Positions 27,545-40,115 of a stretch of 64,000 nucleotides of DNA are shown piece by piece. The translations under genes were made by a program, and so were the position numbers. The stretch spans positions 84,754,001 through 84,818,000 of the forward strand of contig NC_043005.1 of the NCBI RefSeq assembly GCF_006345805.1, read 5' to 3'. How positions within the stretch are numbered: position 1 is the first letter of the stretch; every line of letters starts with the position of its first letter. The notes below the pieces were generated by a model that saw only the letters and a list, made by a program, of their open reading frames with translations, did no database searches and was not told the origin of the DNA. Origin of the DNA: Octopus sinensis (lineage: Eukaryota).

Positions 27545-29336
27545 GTTATCCCTAGTAATAATAAATCTGTTATAGAAAGGATTAGAAAGAAAATTAATAA
27601 GTTCTTTAAGGATTTCAACCTCAGTATAACGTATGAACCGGGCACTAAAATAGTTAACTTCCTAGATATTACGCTAGACCTTAACTCCAAGCTGCATTAC
27701 CCATTTAGAAAAGAAGGCGAAATCACGAATTACGTAAATAAATTATCAAATCATCCCCCAAATATAATTGAATCTTTAGTAAGAAATATTTCATTAAGAA
27801 TTCAAAATATCATCCAATAAGGATATATTTAACTCCCATTCTGAGCATTATAATGCGGCGTTAACTAAGGCTGGATACAACCAAAAGATTACATTCGTTG
27901 ATAAGGAGAACTCACGTATTCCTAATAAGGAAGTTATCAGTAATCACGTAAGCAGCAATATAGACCAAGCCCGAAATATAAGTAGAATTAAATTAACGGT
28001 AAACGCTAATCTAACGTACAGGCCCAACAATTCAAATAGAAGCATTGACCAGAACATAGGTAACTCAGATAATATCGAAGTAGATAAACCAAAGATGCAC
28101 ACAAATAAAAATAAAAATAATGGTAATAAATACAATAGCTCCGCTGAGATGAATAGTAATAATTCCACGAACCCTAAATTTAATAAAAAAAGATATAATA
28201 TGGCTGAATATTCCTTTCAACTGTGCGATACAATCGGATATACAGAACAAATTCAAAGTAATTCTGGAAAAAAAAATTTCCCAATCTCTCATAGATATCA
28301 TAGAATTATTTCTAGGAAAACAGTTAGGATTTCTTATTCAACCCTCCCAAATATGTCCACTTTAATAGCTAAGATTAATAATAACAACATTAACTAGCCA
28401 GGAAAATAGAAATAAAATAATAATATCAGCATGAATACCAATAGCAATTATAATATTACTACCAACAATAAAAACAGCAATAGTAACTATCAAAACATGG
28501 GTGAAATTAGTTACCACAGAATGACTAATAACATTAACATTAATAGTAATAATAACAATAACGATATTAATAGAAGTAATAATGTTAATAATAGAAATAA
28601 TAGAAATAAGGCTAATGGAGAAAATAAGGAGAATGAAAATATCAGTGATATCTATAGCAACAATATGCAGTCGGATAAAAAGACTAACAATAATAGTAAC
28701 ATTACCAATATATAAGAATCATGGTAGGACTTTAGACCGATAAAAGATGAACAGAAGGATCAATAAATAATAGCAATACTTTAGATATCAGCACCAACTA
28801 TAGAAATATTAATAACAATAAGGACAATTATACTCATGATAATCAAAATAATAGGAACCTAAGACATCTACCCAAGAATAATCCAAAACCTGAAGTTGTT
28901 CCTCCTGTGTGTAGTGTAGAATAAAATCAAAATGCCCGGCACCTGGTCTATGCGGGGAAAATAATGTAATCTATAAATGTACCATATCCACGGAGGAGAA
29001 CAAAAATATTTTTACATTGGATGTACAATTAATTTTCTAGCCAGAGTTAGAAATCACATCTCGTCTTTTAAATTACGTCATAAAGCTGGTACCACCACAC
29101 TTTCAAACAAAATCTGGGAACTCAAAAATAATAATAATAATAATTACAACCTTAATTGGGAAATAGTTAGGAGAGCAATTCCGTATAAAAATAGCAGGGT
29201 TGGTTGCCAACTATGCTCCATGGAGACGTATGAAATTCTAAAGCATAGAAAACATAGAAACTTATTGAATAACCATATCGAACTAGGTCAAGTTTGTGTC
29301 CACGCTAAATTGAAGACTTTAAAATATTTTAAATGA
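27545..29336 (+). pseudogene. Frameshifted PLE ORF: RT C-terminus, Asn-rich linker, GIY-YIG endonuclease
   Basis: Restoring 1-nt indels (near 27810, 28185, 28270, 28915, 29010) gives CSCRIKSKC-P...C...VIYKC...FYIGCT...RVRNHISSF...TLSNKIWELK...WEIV...CQLC...E...LLN...CVH. Confidence 0.88.
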
Positions 29337-30795
29337 TTAGAATATTCGTAACTAGATAGATAGATAGATATAACTTGATTTTTACTAGTATAGCACTGCT
29401 TTAAGTAGATAACTAAGAGTTCTCACACTACAGTTATCTTTTTCCTTATATCTGCATCAGTTTTTTGAGAACAGGGAAATGAATAGTACTTATACGCTGC
29501 TTAATTGAGGCTTTATTTAATTTCAAACTCATAATTTTAAATTTTTAAATCTTAATTTTAAATCTTAATTTTAATTTTTAATTTTAATTCTTAACTTAAT
29601 CTAAATAAAATAAAATGAGTTACTAAAGCCCCATAATTTCTATTTCAAAATTAAATAAATAAGGCTACTCCCTCGGTGATAATATGACTATCTTCATTAT
29701 GATAGACAATTCCCTAACACCTTGTAAATGATCTTCTAAGATTTTCCTGTAGTCCGTCAATGTATGAATAATAACGGCAACTCCTTAAGACAGTAAAATG
29801 AATAAAATAAATAAATAAATTTTAATGACTTTTTGATAAGATTATACTTAGATTTTCCTAATGTATTTTCTTTTGATTTTAGCCTTTGACCACTAAACCC
29901 CTAAACCCCTGACCGTGTTATCTCTTTAGATTCTCTTTAAATTCATAGCTGCTTTCGACAGCAATAAATTAGCTGTTTTACTGGTCAAAGAATAATATTC
30001 TCCTCTAGTTCCTAGATGCCTGTAAATTAAAACCAGACTTGCCGGCTACTAATTCTTCTGTATAACTAGAACCCTCTTTTTTTCTTTCTTTTTTTCCCTT
30101 CTTTCCCTATTTCTTTCTCTTTTCTCTTTTTTTCTTCTTCTTATTCTTTTTTTTTTTTTTCTTTTTCCTTTTCTCTTCTCTTCTAGCCCCCCCCCCTTTT
30201 GCTCCCTCCCCCTTTATTTTCTCTCTTTCCTTCTCTTTCCTTCCCTTTTCTGTTCTTTGCCTCTCCAGAAAGCCCTTCAGTCTTTAAAAGTTAAATAGCT
30301 ACAGTCTCTTGAAAATAGCAGTAATGTGATTAATGTGGCAAATACCTAATCATATAGCAAGAATTGATACCCACCTCATTGTGTTCAACCATTGATAAAT
30401 TTATCGCCTGTGAATATGAAATTCCTCTTCATTTCTCTGGAAATTTACATCTACACCATTGGAAATTGTGTGCATCTATACAAAGGATAATTCAACCCTC
30501 TCTGTAATGCTAATAAGCAGGAATTGAAACCCACCTCGTTGTGATTAGCAATGGATAAATTTGTCGTCTGTGGGTATGTAATCCCTCCTCATATCTCTGG
30601 AAATTCATAGTACACTATGGATTAAGTCACCTTCTCTGTGATGCTATTAAAACTTTTTTAAAATTCTGTGATAAGACTGTACATCATCTTTAAGAACTTT
30701 AATGAACTTTGGAAATCTGTTTATGTTACTTAATTATCTACATTACTTCATGAGTAGAGCCTCAACCACTAGGATGTCTAGAGAACTCACATGTA

Positions 30796-30886
30796 TTTTA
30801 GCTGATGAGTACGGGACACGTTTATATGCTGCAATTTTTGCAACTTTTAATAAAGCCTGTCCTTGTATGAAACGATTGTACTAAAA
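30796..30886 (+). ncRNA. Type I hammerhead ribozyme in PLE 3' repeat, core intact
   Basis: Stem I TTTTAG/CTAAAA; CTGATGA 30802-30808; stem II GTACGGGAC/GTCCTTGTAT; GAAA 30869-30872; stem III AC-GATT-GT; GUA cleavage triplet ending 30880. Confidence 0.85.
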
Positions 30887-31034
30887 ACCTATCCATTCTT
30901 GTTGCTTTTTTCTCGCTTATAATCACCCCACATTACTGTATGTTTATAACCGTATAGTTTGTTTTGGTGCATCTAAGTTAGGTACCATATTCAAGTAAAT
31001 CATTAAATTAACTTGAATCTTTATTGCTTTTTTA

Positions 31035-31083
<49 letters not shown>

Positions 31084-31250
31084 ATACATATATATATATA
31101 GATATATATACATATAAATATTATTTGAGACAAACACCACTATTTCAAAACTTCCCTGTAAATTTGGATATATTCCCTAATATTTATTATTATATATTAT
31201 ACATATATATATATATATATATAATATATATATATATATAATACATAATC

Positions 31251-31291
<41 letters not shown>

Positions 31292-31352
31292 CATTATTAT
31301 ATATACATATATATATATAATATATTACATATAGATATATATATATATATCT

Positions 31353-31383
<31 letters not shown>

Positions 31384-31414
31384 GACAATATATATATATA
31401 TATACATACATATA

Positions 31415-31456
<42 letters not shown>

Positions 31457-31665
31457 AGAGGTAATGGTGTCACTGAGACCCAAAGGTGTCAGGTAATGCT
31501 GAATAAGTACTATAGACAGACCATAGTTAAGTTCCAGGTTCAGAAATTTTGCAAATAAGGGGTTCAACGTTGGTCATATGTCAGCATGTGTACATAAGAA
31601 TTTTTTGCCTAATGAGATAAAAAAAAACAAGGCTGTGTAGATATTAGGATATTTATAGATAGAAG

Positions 31666-31716
31666 GTCTTATAGCAGTTTCCAGATATTTATTAATTATA
31701 TCCCTTCATCAGAGAC
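31666..31716 (-). ncRNA. Degenerate type I hammerhead
   Basis: Minus strand reads GTCT-CTGATGA-AGGGATAT...ATATCTG-GAAA-CTGCTA-TA-AGAC; stem III looks like a mutated ACAGCTGT. Confidence 0.6.
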
Positions 31717-32201
31717 TGTGTGAGAGGATGGTTAATTTAGATAGGATACAAAATAGAGAAGGAGAAGGAGAAAAGAAAATAGATGTAAGATATGTAGGGA
31801 TATTGAAGTTGTAGTTCCATTTTTTAGGCAGAATGGTATATATGTAAGATTCCAATACCTTATGAGAAAAATCCAGCAGTATTTAAACTAGGTCATTCCA
31901 AGTACATATCATGAGTGGAAATAACCCAGAAATCGTGATACACAGATATTGTTTTGAGCTGAGTGGGGGTGCTAGATGCTCTTGTTCGAAAATATAAGGA
32001 CACAGATTGTGTTGTATAACCAGTCGGAGACGATGTCTCCTGGGGCTAAATTACAGCTACATGAATCCTAAACCAGGACTGCTATGTTATGTTGGCAAAC
32101 AATCTTTACTCCATACATACATACATGCATACATACATACATACACACACACACACATACATACATACATATATATGGGGACATACACACATGTATGCAT
32201 G

Positions 32202-32233
<32 letters not shown>

Positions 32234-32504
32234 TGTATCTATGTATGTATGTATGAGCATGGTTGATGCCAGTGCCACCTGACTGGCCCTCATGCTGGTG
32301 GCACGTAAAAAGCACCCACTACACTCTTGGAGTGGCTGGTATTAGGAAAGGCATCCAGCTGTAGAAACACTGCCAGATCAGATTGGAGCCTGGTGCAGCC
32401 ACCTGGTTCACCAGCCCTCAGTAAAACTGTCCAACCCATGCTAGCGTGGAAAGCGGATGCCAAACGACAAAGACAACGATGACGATGATGATATTCTTTT
32501 ATTA

Positions 32505-32935
32505 TTTTATATGTTTCAGTCATTTGGATGTGGCCATGTTGGAGCACCGCCTTTAGTCAAATGAATCGACCCCAGGACTTATTCTTTGTCAGCTTTGTAC
32601 TTATTCTTTCAGTTTCTCTTTTGCTGAACTGTTAAGTTATGGGGACATAAACACACAAAGATTGGTTGTCAAGTGCACGTACACACACACACACATACAT
32701 ACATACATATATATATCATCATCAACATCATCATCATCATCATCATCGTTTAATGTCCATTTTCCATGGTAGCATGGGTTGGGCTTCTTTCAGTTTCTTT
32801 CTACCAAATTCATTCACAAGGCTTTGATCAGCACATGGCTATAGTAGAAGACACTTGCCCACAGTGCCACGCAGTGGGACAAAATCTGGAACCGTGTGGT
32901 TGGTAAGCAAGCTACTTATCACACAGTCACTCCTA
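32505..32935 (-). mobile_element. tRNA-derived SINE, family A
   Basis: Reverse-complement copy with an interrupted middle. Confidence 0.8.
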
Positions 32936-32939
32936 TGCT

Positions 32940-32981
<42 letters not shown>

Positions 32982-32984
<3 letters not shown>

Positions 32985-33409
32985 TAAAAGGGCTTAGTAA
33001 AATAAATTACTTTGCCGCATACTGAACTCATTAGAAATAGCAGCCAAAAAAAACTTTTCTAAAACTATTTCTAATACTTAATGTTAGTGTCGAGCAGATC
33101 TTCAGAAGCGAGAAGAAGCCGAAAGGGTATGCTCCCACTTTCAGTGTTTTCAAATCCAAACCAGGGAGTTGAGCTGATGATAGAAATGTCGAGTTTGACT
33201 AATCTTGAAACGTACATTCTAACAATACCTTTGCATTGATTTTTAATGTCTCTACCCCCATACTGTCGTGAGTTGAATTGAGCAAACACTATATGAGAGA
33301 GGTTTTCTTTAAGTATTAGAAATAGTTTTAGAAAAGTTTTTTTTGGCTGCTATTTCTAATGAGTTCAGTATGCGGAAAGTAATTTATTTTACTAAGCCCT
33401 TTTATATAA
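32982..33409. mobile_element. MITE with ~97-bp TIRs in TA context
   Basis: TATAAAAGGGCTTAGTAAAA...TTTCTAATACTTA is mirrored at 33311-33409. Confidence 0.85.
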
Positions 33410-33570
33410 TGTAAAATTGAATTCGCCTTAAATGGTCCCTTGGATACTGAATACTTGGTGAAATTGATTAATTAATTAATTTTACCCTCAATTGTGAAAT
33501 ATATATATATATTATATATATATATATATACATATATATACATTACACACACACACCACACGCACACACA

Positions 33571-33860
33571 TATCTGTAAATGTAATATGTGACAATTATT
33601 TGGTAGCCATGATAAAACTCGGAGTTTTGGATGCCAAGGTGGAAATCCATGCTGCCATCTCTTCAGTTATCCGACCATCGGATTCTTCCCGATGGCCAAA
33701 TAACTGAAGGGATGGGGGCGTGGATTTCCACCTCGGCATCCCAAACTCGGAGTTTTATCATGGCTACCAAATAATTGTCACATATTATATTTACAGATAA
33801 ATTCCTCTATTTACATAATATTGAGGTCTCTTTCATTCTTTTGTTGTCTTACCATTTTAT
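33571..33860. mobile_element. Snap-back inverted pair of a hammerhead-bearing element end
   Basis: 33571-33799 is a near-perfect palindrome. Each arm read outward is a hammerhead (33611-33671 on -, 33699-33759 on +): (G/A)ATAA-CTGAAG(A/G)-GATG...CATCC-(A/C)AAA-CTC(C/G)GAG-TT-TTATC. The right copy continues to (TA)n at 33860. Confidence 0.78.
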
Positions 33861-33967
33861 ATATATATAAAGTAAAAAGTAAAAGAGTCAAAGGGAAGAG
33901 TACAGTTAGACACCATCAATGTTGTAGCATGGAAATCTAGATTTACTTATGGAGTCAGCAATTGAGT

Positions 33968-34090
33968 ATCACCTGAGGAGATACATAAAGATCTTCTTAT
34001 ACAGGTAAATCGTTACATAATTTAATTTAAACTTAATTTTTAATCCTGTATATATGAGGTCTCTGTATGTATTGAAACATTTGTAGTGAT
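33968..34090 (+). ncRNA. Type I hammerhead with long branched stem II, core intact
   Basis: Stem I ATCAC/GTGAT; CTGAGGA 33973-33979; GATACATA/TATGTATT plus inner TATACAGG/CCTGTATA; GAAA 34074-34077; ACATTTGT stem III; GUA triplet. Confidence 0.82.
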
Positions 34091-34381
34091 TAAAAGCTGC
34101 CTAACTTTACTTACTTTTCCTTTTGACTCTTTTACTTTTTATTTTCACACACGAGGAATACCTAAGACTAGAATTGGTACCATACCATAAGAATACTACT
34201 GGGAATTTGGGAATTCTAAGGCTGAACAAGCTCTATTTGTACTCTTATACGTTCATAACATATATATATGTGTGTGTATATATATATATGTATATCTATC
34301 TATCTATCTATCTAATTATCTCTCCTCTTCTCTCTCTCTCTCTTTTCTCTCCTCTCCCTCCTCTCAATCTCTCACGCCTCT

Positions 34382-34412
<31 letters not shown>

Positions 34413-34510
34413 TATATATATATATATATTTTTCAATATGTGACCGTGTGTGTATCGTTGGCAATTTTCTTTCTCCGTCTTCCCTTCCTTGGACCATTCC
34501 TTTTTCTATG

Positions 34511-34543
34511 TTTCTGACGAAGAGCTCTGCTCGAAACGTTGAA
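34511..34543 (+). ncRNA. Minimal type I hammerhead, core intact, weak stem I
   Basis: CTGACGA-A-GAGC-TCT-GCTC-GAAA-CGTT; palindromic ACGT stem III; stem I only TTT/GAA. Confidence 0.7.
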
Positions 34544-34654
34544 TTCTCCGTCTTTCTTTCCTTTCCTGAGCATCCAATAACACTGTACTTGTTCCACGTT
34601 CTTGCATTGTTGTGTTTTCTCTTTGTTCATGTTTGGATTAACTATATACATATA

Positions 34655-34755
34655 TATATACATATTAGAGGGAAACCACTATGTGGACACCCTTATGCTA
34701 GAAATAGATCCACTATGGTCTTACCACTAAGTGGTTTCCCTCTAATATGTATATA
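34655..34755. repeat. Mini inverted-repeat element (26-bp arms) in TA context
   Basis: TATATACATATTAGAGGGAAACCACT / AGTGGTTTCCCTCTAATATGTATATA. Confidence 0.78.
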
Positions 34756-34859
34756 ATACAATTTTACTGAACCTTCAGTTTTTTTATATTCTAGATCACT
34801 GGTGTGAAATCGATGTCAATTAAATTAATATCTAATTTCTCACCCTCATTTTAAATTTG

Positions 34860-35410
34860 AAGACTTGTTGAGGCGAGTGAAATCAAATCAAAATCAAAAT
34901 CAAAATCACTTCGATGACTGGCATCCGTGCTAGCGGGGTGCAAAGAGCACCATACGAGTGTGATCGTTGACAGAGCAGCTATTCGAGTATGATCGTTACC
35001 AGCATCACCTTACTGGCACTTATGCCTGTGCTACTAGGGTGCCAAGAACACCATCCGAGCATGATCGTTGCCAGAGCAGCCAACTGGCTTCCGTACCCGT
35101 GGCACGTAAAGGGGCACCATTCAAGCGTGATCGTTACCAATGTCGCTTCACTGGCACCTGTGTCGGTGGCACGTGTGAAAAGATTTGAGCGAGGTCATTG
35201 CCATTACCGCCTTACTGACCCCTGTGCCAGTGGCACGTAAAAAGCACCCACTACACCCTCGGAGTGGAAGGGCATCAGCTGTAGAAACTCTGCCAGATCA
35301 AGATTGGAGCCTGGTACAGCCATCTGGTTGCCAGCCCTCAGTAAAAACTGTCCAACCCAGGCTAGCATGGAAAACGGACATTGAATGGTGATGATGATGA
35401 TGATAATGAT
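34860..35410 (+). mobile_element. RTE-family 3'UTR/tail fragment (second subfamily)
   Basis: Matches 24300-24866; ends in (GAT)n. Confidence 0.85.
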
Positions 35411-36082
35411 GATGATATATTATATATATATATTTCTATGCACGTGTGTATATTTATATATATATATATATACATATATGTGTGTGTGTGTGTGTGTTTA
35501 TGATTTCTATTCTGGACCCTAGTGTGTTTCTGGCAGTAAAAGGTTCACTGAAATACATGCACGCAAGGTATTTATTTTGTGGTTTAACAAATAGAGTTTG
35601 AATGTACTTTTGTGCTTATATACAGGCTGGTGTTGAAAAGCTGTGTTAAATATAAATTGTATACACCCTGCTTTTGAAAGAATGCTCAAACTCAATGGTG
35701 ATTGCTGTTCTGTTTACAAAATATTTGTCTTTTTGATGTTTTCAACTGTTCCTGTACACCTCTGATGTTAACACCAGAATGTGTGAGAGAGGGAGAGAGA
35801 GGGAGAGAGTGTGCGTGTATGTGGATATGAGTGTGTGTGTGTGTGTGTGTGTGTATGTAGATAGCCTTATATATAAGTAGGGTGACAATTCAATTTGATA
35901 TATATATATATATGTATATATGCGTATGCATGTATATATATGTATGTCTATATATATATATATACAGAGGGAGAGAGAGAGAGAAAGAGAGAGAAATGCA
36001 CACAAACACTCGCATCCACCAATGCAGTGTTGAGCATTCATTTGCATTGTTCAGCATTTACATATATATATATATATATATA

Positions 36083-36115
<33 letters not shown>

Positions 36116-36132
36116 CGCATATATATATATAG

Positions 36133-36169
<37 letters not shown>

Positions 36170-36191
36170 CACACATATATACATGCCCACA

Positions 36192-36223
<32 letters not shown>

Positions 36224-36879
36224 TATACGTATTTATATACATACATGATGATGATGATATATGTATACATAGATACACACACACACACACATTCCTCTTC
36301 ACAGGCAATGTTTCAAAACGGTGTAAGAAGCAACAACTGCACACAGCAATGAACAAATTGAAGAAAACACCAAAAGACTGCGCTGTCAGATATGAAATAG
36401 CCTCTGAGATTTGGTAACCTTATCACTTTTGAAAAACAAAAACAAAAATACCCCACATATACATCAACTTGTTTGTTAATCCTCTCTCACCATTCCTTAG
36501 TACAGAAAGTATCAGAACGTCTCTGGTGAATTATCAATAAATAAACCTCCCATAGATTAACTTGTCATTCTTTATATGTCGACATTACTAAAATTCATAG
36601 CATCACTTCGTATGTGGCTGGTGATGCCTCACATCCTTCCATTCTTATCTGGTGAGATGGTAAGGTTTAGTAGTCCCTCTCTTTCCCTCTTTCTCTCTCT
36701 CTCTCTCTCTTTCTCTTTTTCCCTATATATGTATATCAGTGTCGGTGTACACCTGACAAAATATATTTTATTACACTATTATGTATGTATATTCATGTTA
36801 TATATATATATATATTAATATATATATACATACACCTGATAAAATATATATTTTACACTTTTATGTATGTATATTCATG

Positions 36880-36962
<83 letters not shown>

Positions 36963-37497
36963 TGTTATTATATGTATATATATGTATATATATATATATA
37001 TATATGCATATGTGTGTGTTTAAATACATATATATGCACACACATTTTCGTTTATGAACTCACGTGTATACACACACATACACACACACACACACACACA
37101 TATATATTTATACACATGCATTTCTATTTACACGTATGTATATATACAAACATATGTGTATTGTGTGTGGTTATATATATGCATACATGTATATGCATGT
37201 GTGTGTGTGTTGGGGGGGCTATTTAATGGCAAGCTCATTTATGAGAAAAAACGCTTCTTTATCTTTACTTTTCTGCTGTAATTCAAGGCTTTGATGGATT
37301 TCTTCTGCACACAAAAAGCAAAAAAAAAAAAAAAAAAAAACAGGAGAAGAATATGGCAATGCCGCTAGCACTTGGTGACCGTTTTTATTAAAACTCTTTT
37401 ACTAAAAAATTAGCCACAACAACAGCAACGATGACAATAGCAGTGACAGGAAGAGCCAACATTAACGACAACCATCTCTCTCAAACTAGGGGGAGAG

Positions 37498-38070
37498 GCT
37501 ATAGATCATCTAACCCATCCCCAAAATAAGGGGTAATGACCCCTTTTGGATCATGAATGATTGCGCCAAGAAAGTTCCCCTCTGAGGCACAAGTCCAGGC
37601 AAGGTTGTTTATGGAAGACTAGCAGTCGCCCATCCATGCCAGTCTCCCTTCCAAACGCCACTGATGTTGTCCAAGGGAAAGGCAAAGGGGCTGATACAGC
37701 TATAGATCATCTAACCTGTCACCAAAATAAAGGGAAAAGACCCCTTTTGGGTCATGAATGATTGTGCCCAGAAAGTTCTCCTCTGAGGCACAAGTCTAGG
37801 CAAGGTTGTTTATGGAAAATTAGCAGTCGCCCATCCATGCCAGTCTCCCTTCCAAACGCCACTGATGTTGTCCAAGGGAAAGGCAAAGGGGTCGATACAG
37901 CTTGGCACCAGTGACGTCGCAAGGCATTTCTACGGCTGAATGAACTGGAGCAATGAGAAATAAAGTGTCTTCCTCAAGAACACAACACACAGCCCGGTCT
38001 GAGAGTTGAACTCACAACCTCATGATTGTGAGCCTGACACTTTAACCACTGAGCTATGTGCCTTCACCTC
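37498..38070 (-). mobile_element. SINE family D with a 201-bp tandem duplication of its 3' part
   Basis: tRNA-like head at 38010-38065 on -; GCTATAGATCATCTAACC at 37498 and 37699. Confidence 0.75.
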
Positions 38071-38999
38071 CCCAAAGTAAAAAGAATAACAATTGACACA
38101 TATAAACTCTTTTTTTTTTGTTGCATGTCATGAAGGGCTGTCTTAGGGGGATTAGAGGCCCCTGAACAAATCAGAGCATTGAACCCTTTATTATTTATTT
38201 GTTGACTGTAAGCTACAGCATAGAAAGATCGGATTAGGGCCTCCAGATTGTGAAGTCCCCGGGTAAGTGCCCAGTGTGACTGTCCCTTAAACGACACTGA
38301 TGTTGGGAGGGTCATTATGCCAAGGATGAACACATGCACTGGTTCACAAGAAGACTGACAAGGAAGCTTTGATGTAAAGCATACACATGCACACACACAC
38401 ACACACACACACACATACATGCATACACACATACAGACATGCACATGTGCACACATGCACATGCAACACATGCATACATACACACATGACACACCCACGT
38501 AACACACACATGCACGCACCATGCATGTGCATGCACAAATGACACACCCACCTATGCACACACATGACACACCCACCCATGCACACACATGACACACCCA
38601 CCCATGCACTCATGCACATACACACACATGCATGCACACACACATGCATACACACATGATGCATGCACATCACCCACCACCCATTCACATATACACACAC
38701 ATGACACACATACATCACACACTCACCCATGCACACACACATGCATATACACAATGACACACCCATGCACACATACACGCACACACATTCACACACACAC
38801 ATGCATATACAAACAAACACATACACTTGCACATACACATATGATGGTCTTTCCACTCACAAGGCTTTGGTCAGCCTGAAGCTATAATAGAAGTCCAAGG
38901 CGCCATGCAGTAGGATAGAACCTGGAACCATGTGGTTGAGAAGCAAGCTTCGTTTTTACATGTCTATATAATTAGATACATTCAATACATAACCACAAC

Positions 39000-39189
39000 T
39001 TATTCAGGTCACTGCCTGGAATTGAACTTGGAATCTTAGGGTTAGTAGCTCACGCTCTTAACCACTACACCATATGCCCGTGGAGTGAATGATGGAGTGA
39101 ATTTTAGAGCTTATAAATCAGGCAGTAACCTGAATAATAATAGTAATAATAATAATGATGATAATAATAATAAAATAATAATAATAATA

Positions 39190-39224
<35 letters not shown>

Positions 39225-39287
39225 TAATATAATAATAATAATAATAATGATAATAATAATAATAATATAATAATAATAATAATAATA

Positions 39288-39327
<40 letters not shown>

Positions 39328-39879
39328 TAATAATAATAATAATAATATAATAATAACAATAACAATAATAATAATAATAATAATAACAATAACAATAATA
39401 ATAATAATAATAACAATAACAATAATAATAATAATATAATAATATAATAATAATAATAATTATAGTAATTAGAAATATCGAATTTCTAAATGTCTCAGAG
39501 AGACATAAGCAGTGGTGGAGTGATAGAGTGGTCATATACTGTCAACTCAATGTGACAGTCCCGTAAGGGAATTACACCACCACCATTTAGCCCTAGGAAA
39601 CATCGACAGAAAATGTGTCAAAGCCGACAGGAGACGTTGATGTTTCCTAGGGCTAAATGGCAGTGGTGTAATTCCCTTACGGGACTGTCACATTGAGTTG
39701 ACAGTATACGACCAATAATAATAATAATATATAATAATAATAATAATAATAACATCAAAAATACCTTAGGAATGAGAACCCAGGTTCAAATTTCCCCAAG
39801 ACACTGATGAAGGCTGGAGGGTATATCAGCCGAAATGTGTTAACAACAAACAAGATGAGGACAAATATCATCAAATGTA

Positions 39880-39956
<77 letters not shown>

Positions 39957-40115
39957 CAACAACATCGAAAAATACCTCAGGAACGAGAACCCAGGTTTGA
40001 AATTTCTCCAAAGACACGTGATGAAAGCTGGAGGCTATATCAGCTGAAATGTCGTGTTAACAACTAACAAGATAAGGACAAATATCTGCCAAATGTAAAT
40101 AATGTAAATAATGTA
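39000..40115. mobile_element. tRNA-head/hammerhead element with inverted junction, long (AAT)n and two tandem HHR modules
   Basis: tRNA head on - at 39000-39082; inverted TTATTCAGGT(C/T)ACTGCCTG around it; HHR modules at 39800-39842 and 40013-40058. Confidence 0.75.
39530..39713. mobile_element. Palindromic MITE-like insertion (78-bp arms) inside (AAT)n
   Basis: 39530-39607 is the reverse complement of 39636-39713 with few mismatches; no clear TSD. Confidence 0.8.

Larger units (their letters stand above)
27264..30921 (+). mobile_element. Penelope-like retroelement (Hydra-type GIY-YIG), 5'-truncated, with an inverted copy of its 3' end at the 5' side
   Basis: RT C-terminus IERIRKKI...VNFLDITLDL...YVNKLSNHPPNII (27545-27810), then IIWLNIPF...FPISHRYHRII...VRISYSTLPN, then GIY-YIG. 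27264-27547 is an inverted copy of 30651-30921. HHR in the repeat; the left end abuts (TA)n. Confidence 0.9.

Noticed and set aside
33170-33190. CTGATGA-TA-GAAA (similar at ~10701 and ~60087)
   Set aside because: There is no stem II between the core halves and no matching stem I, so it is not a credible hammerhead.
33071-33289. 72-aa ORF inside the 97-bp-TIR MITE as a transposase remnant
   Set aside because: No DDE/D or other recognisable motif; too short to assign.
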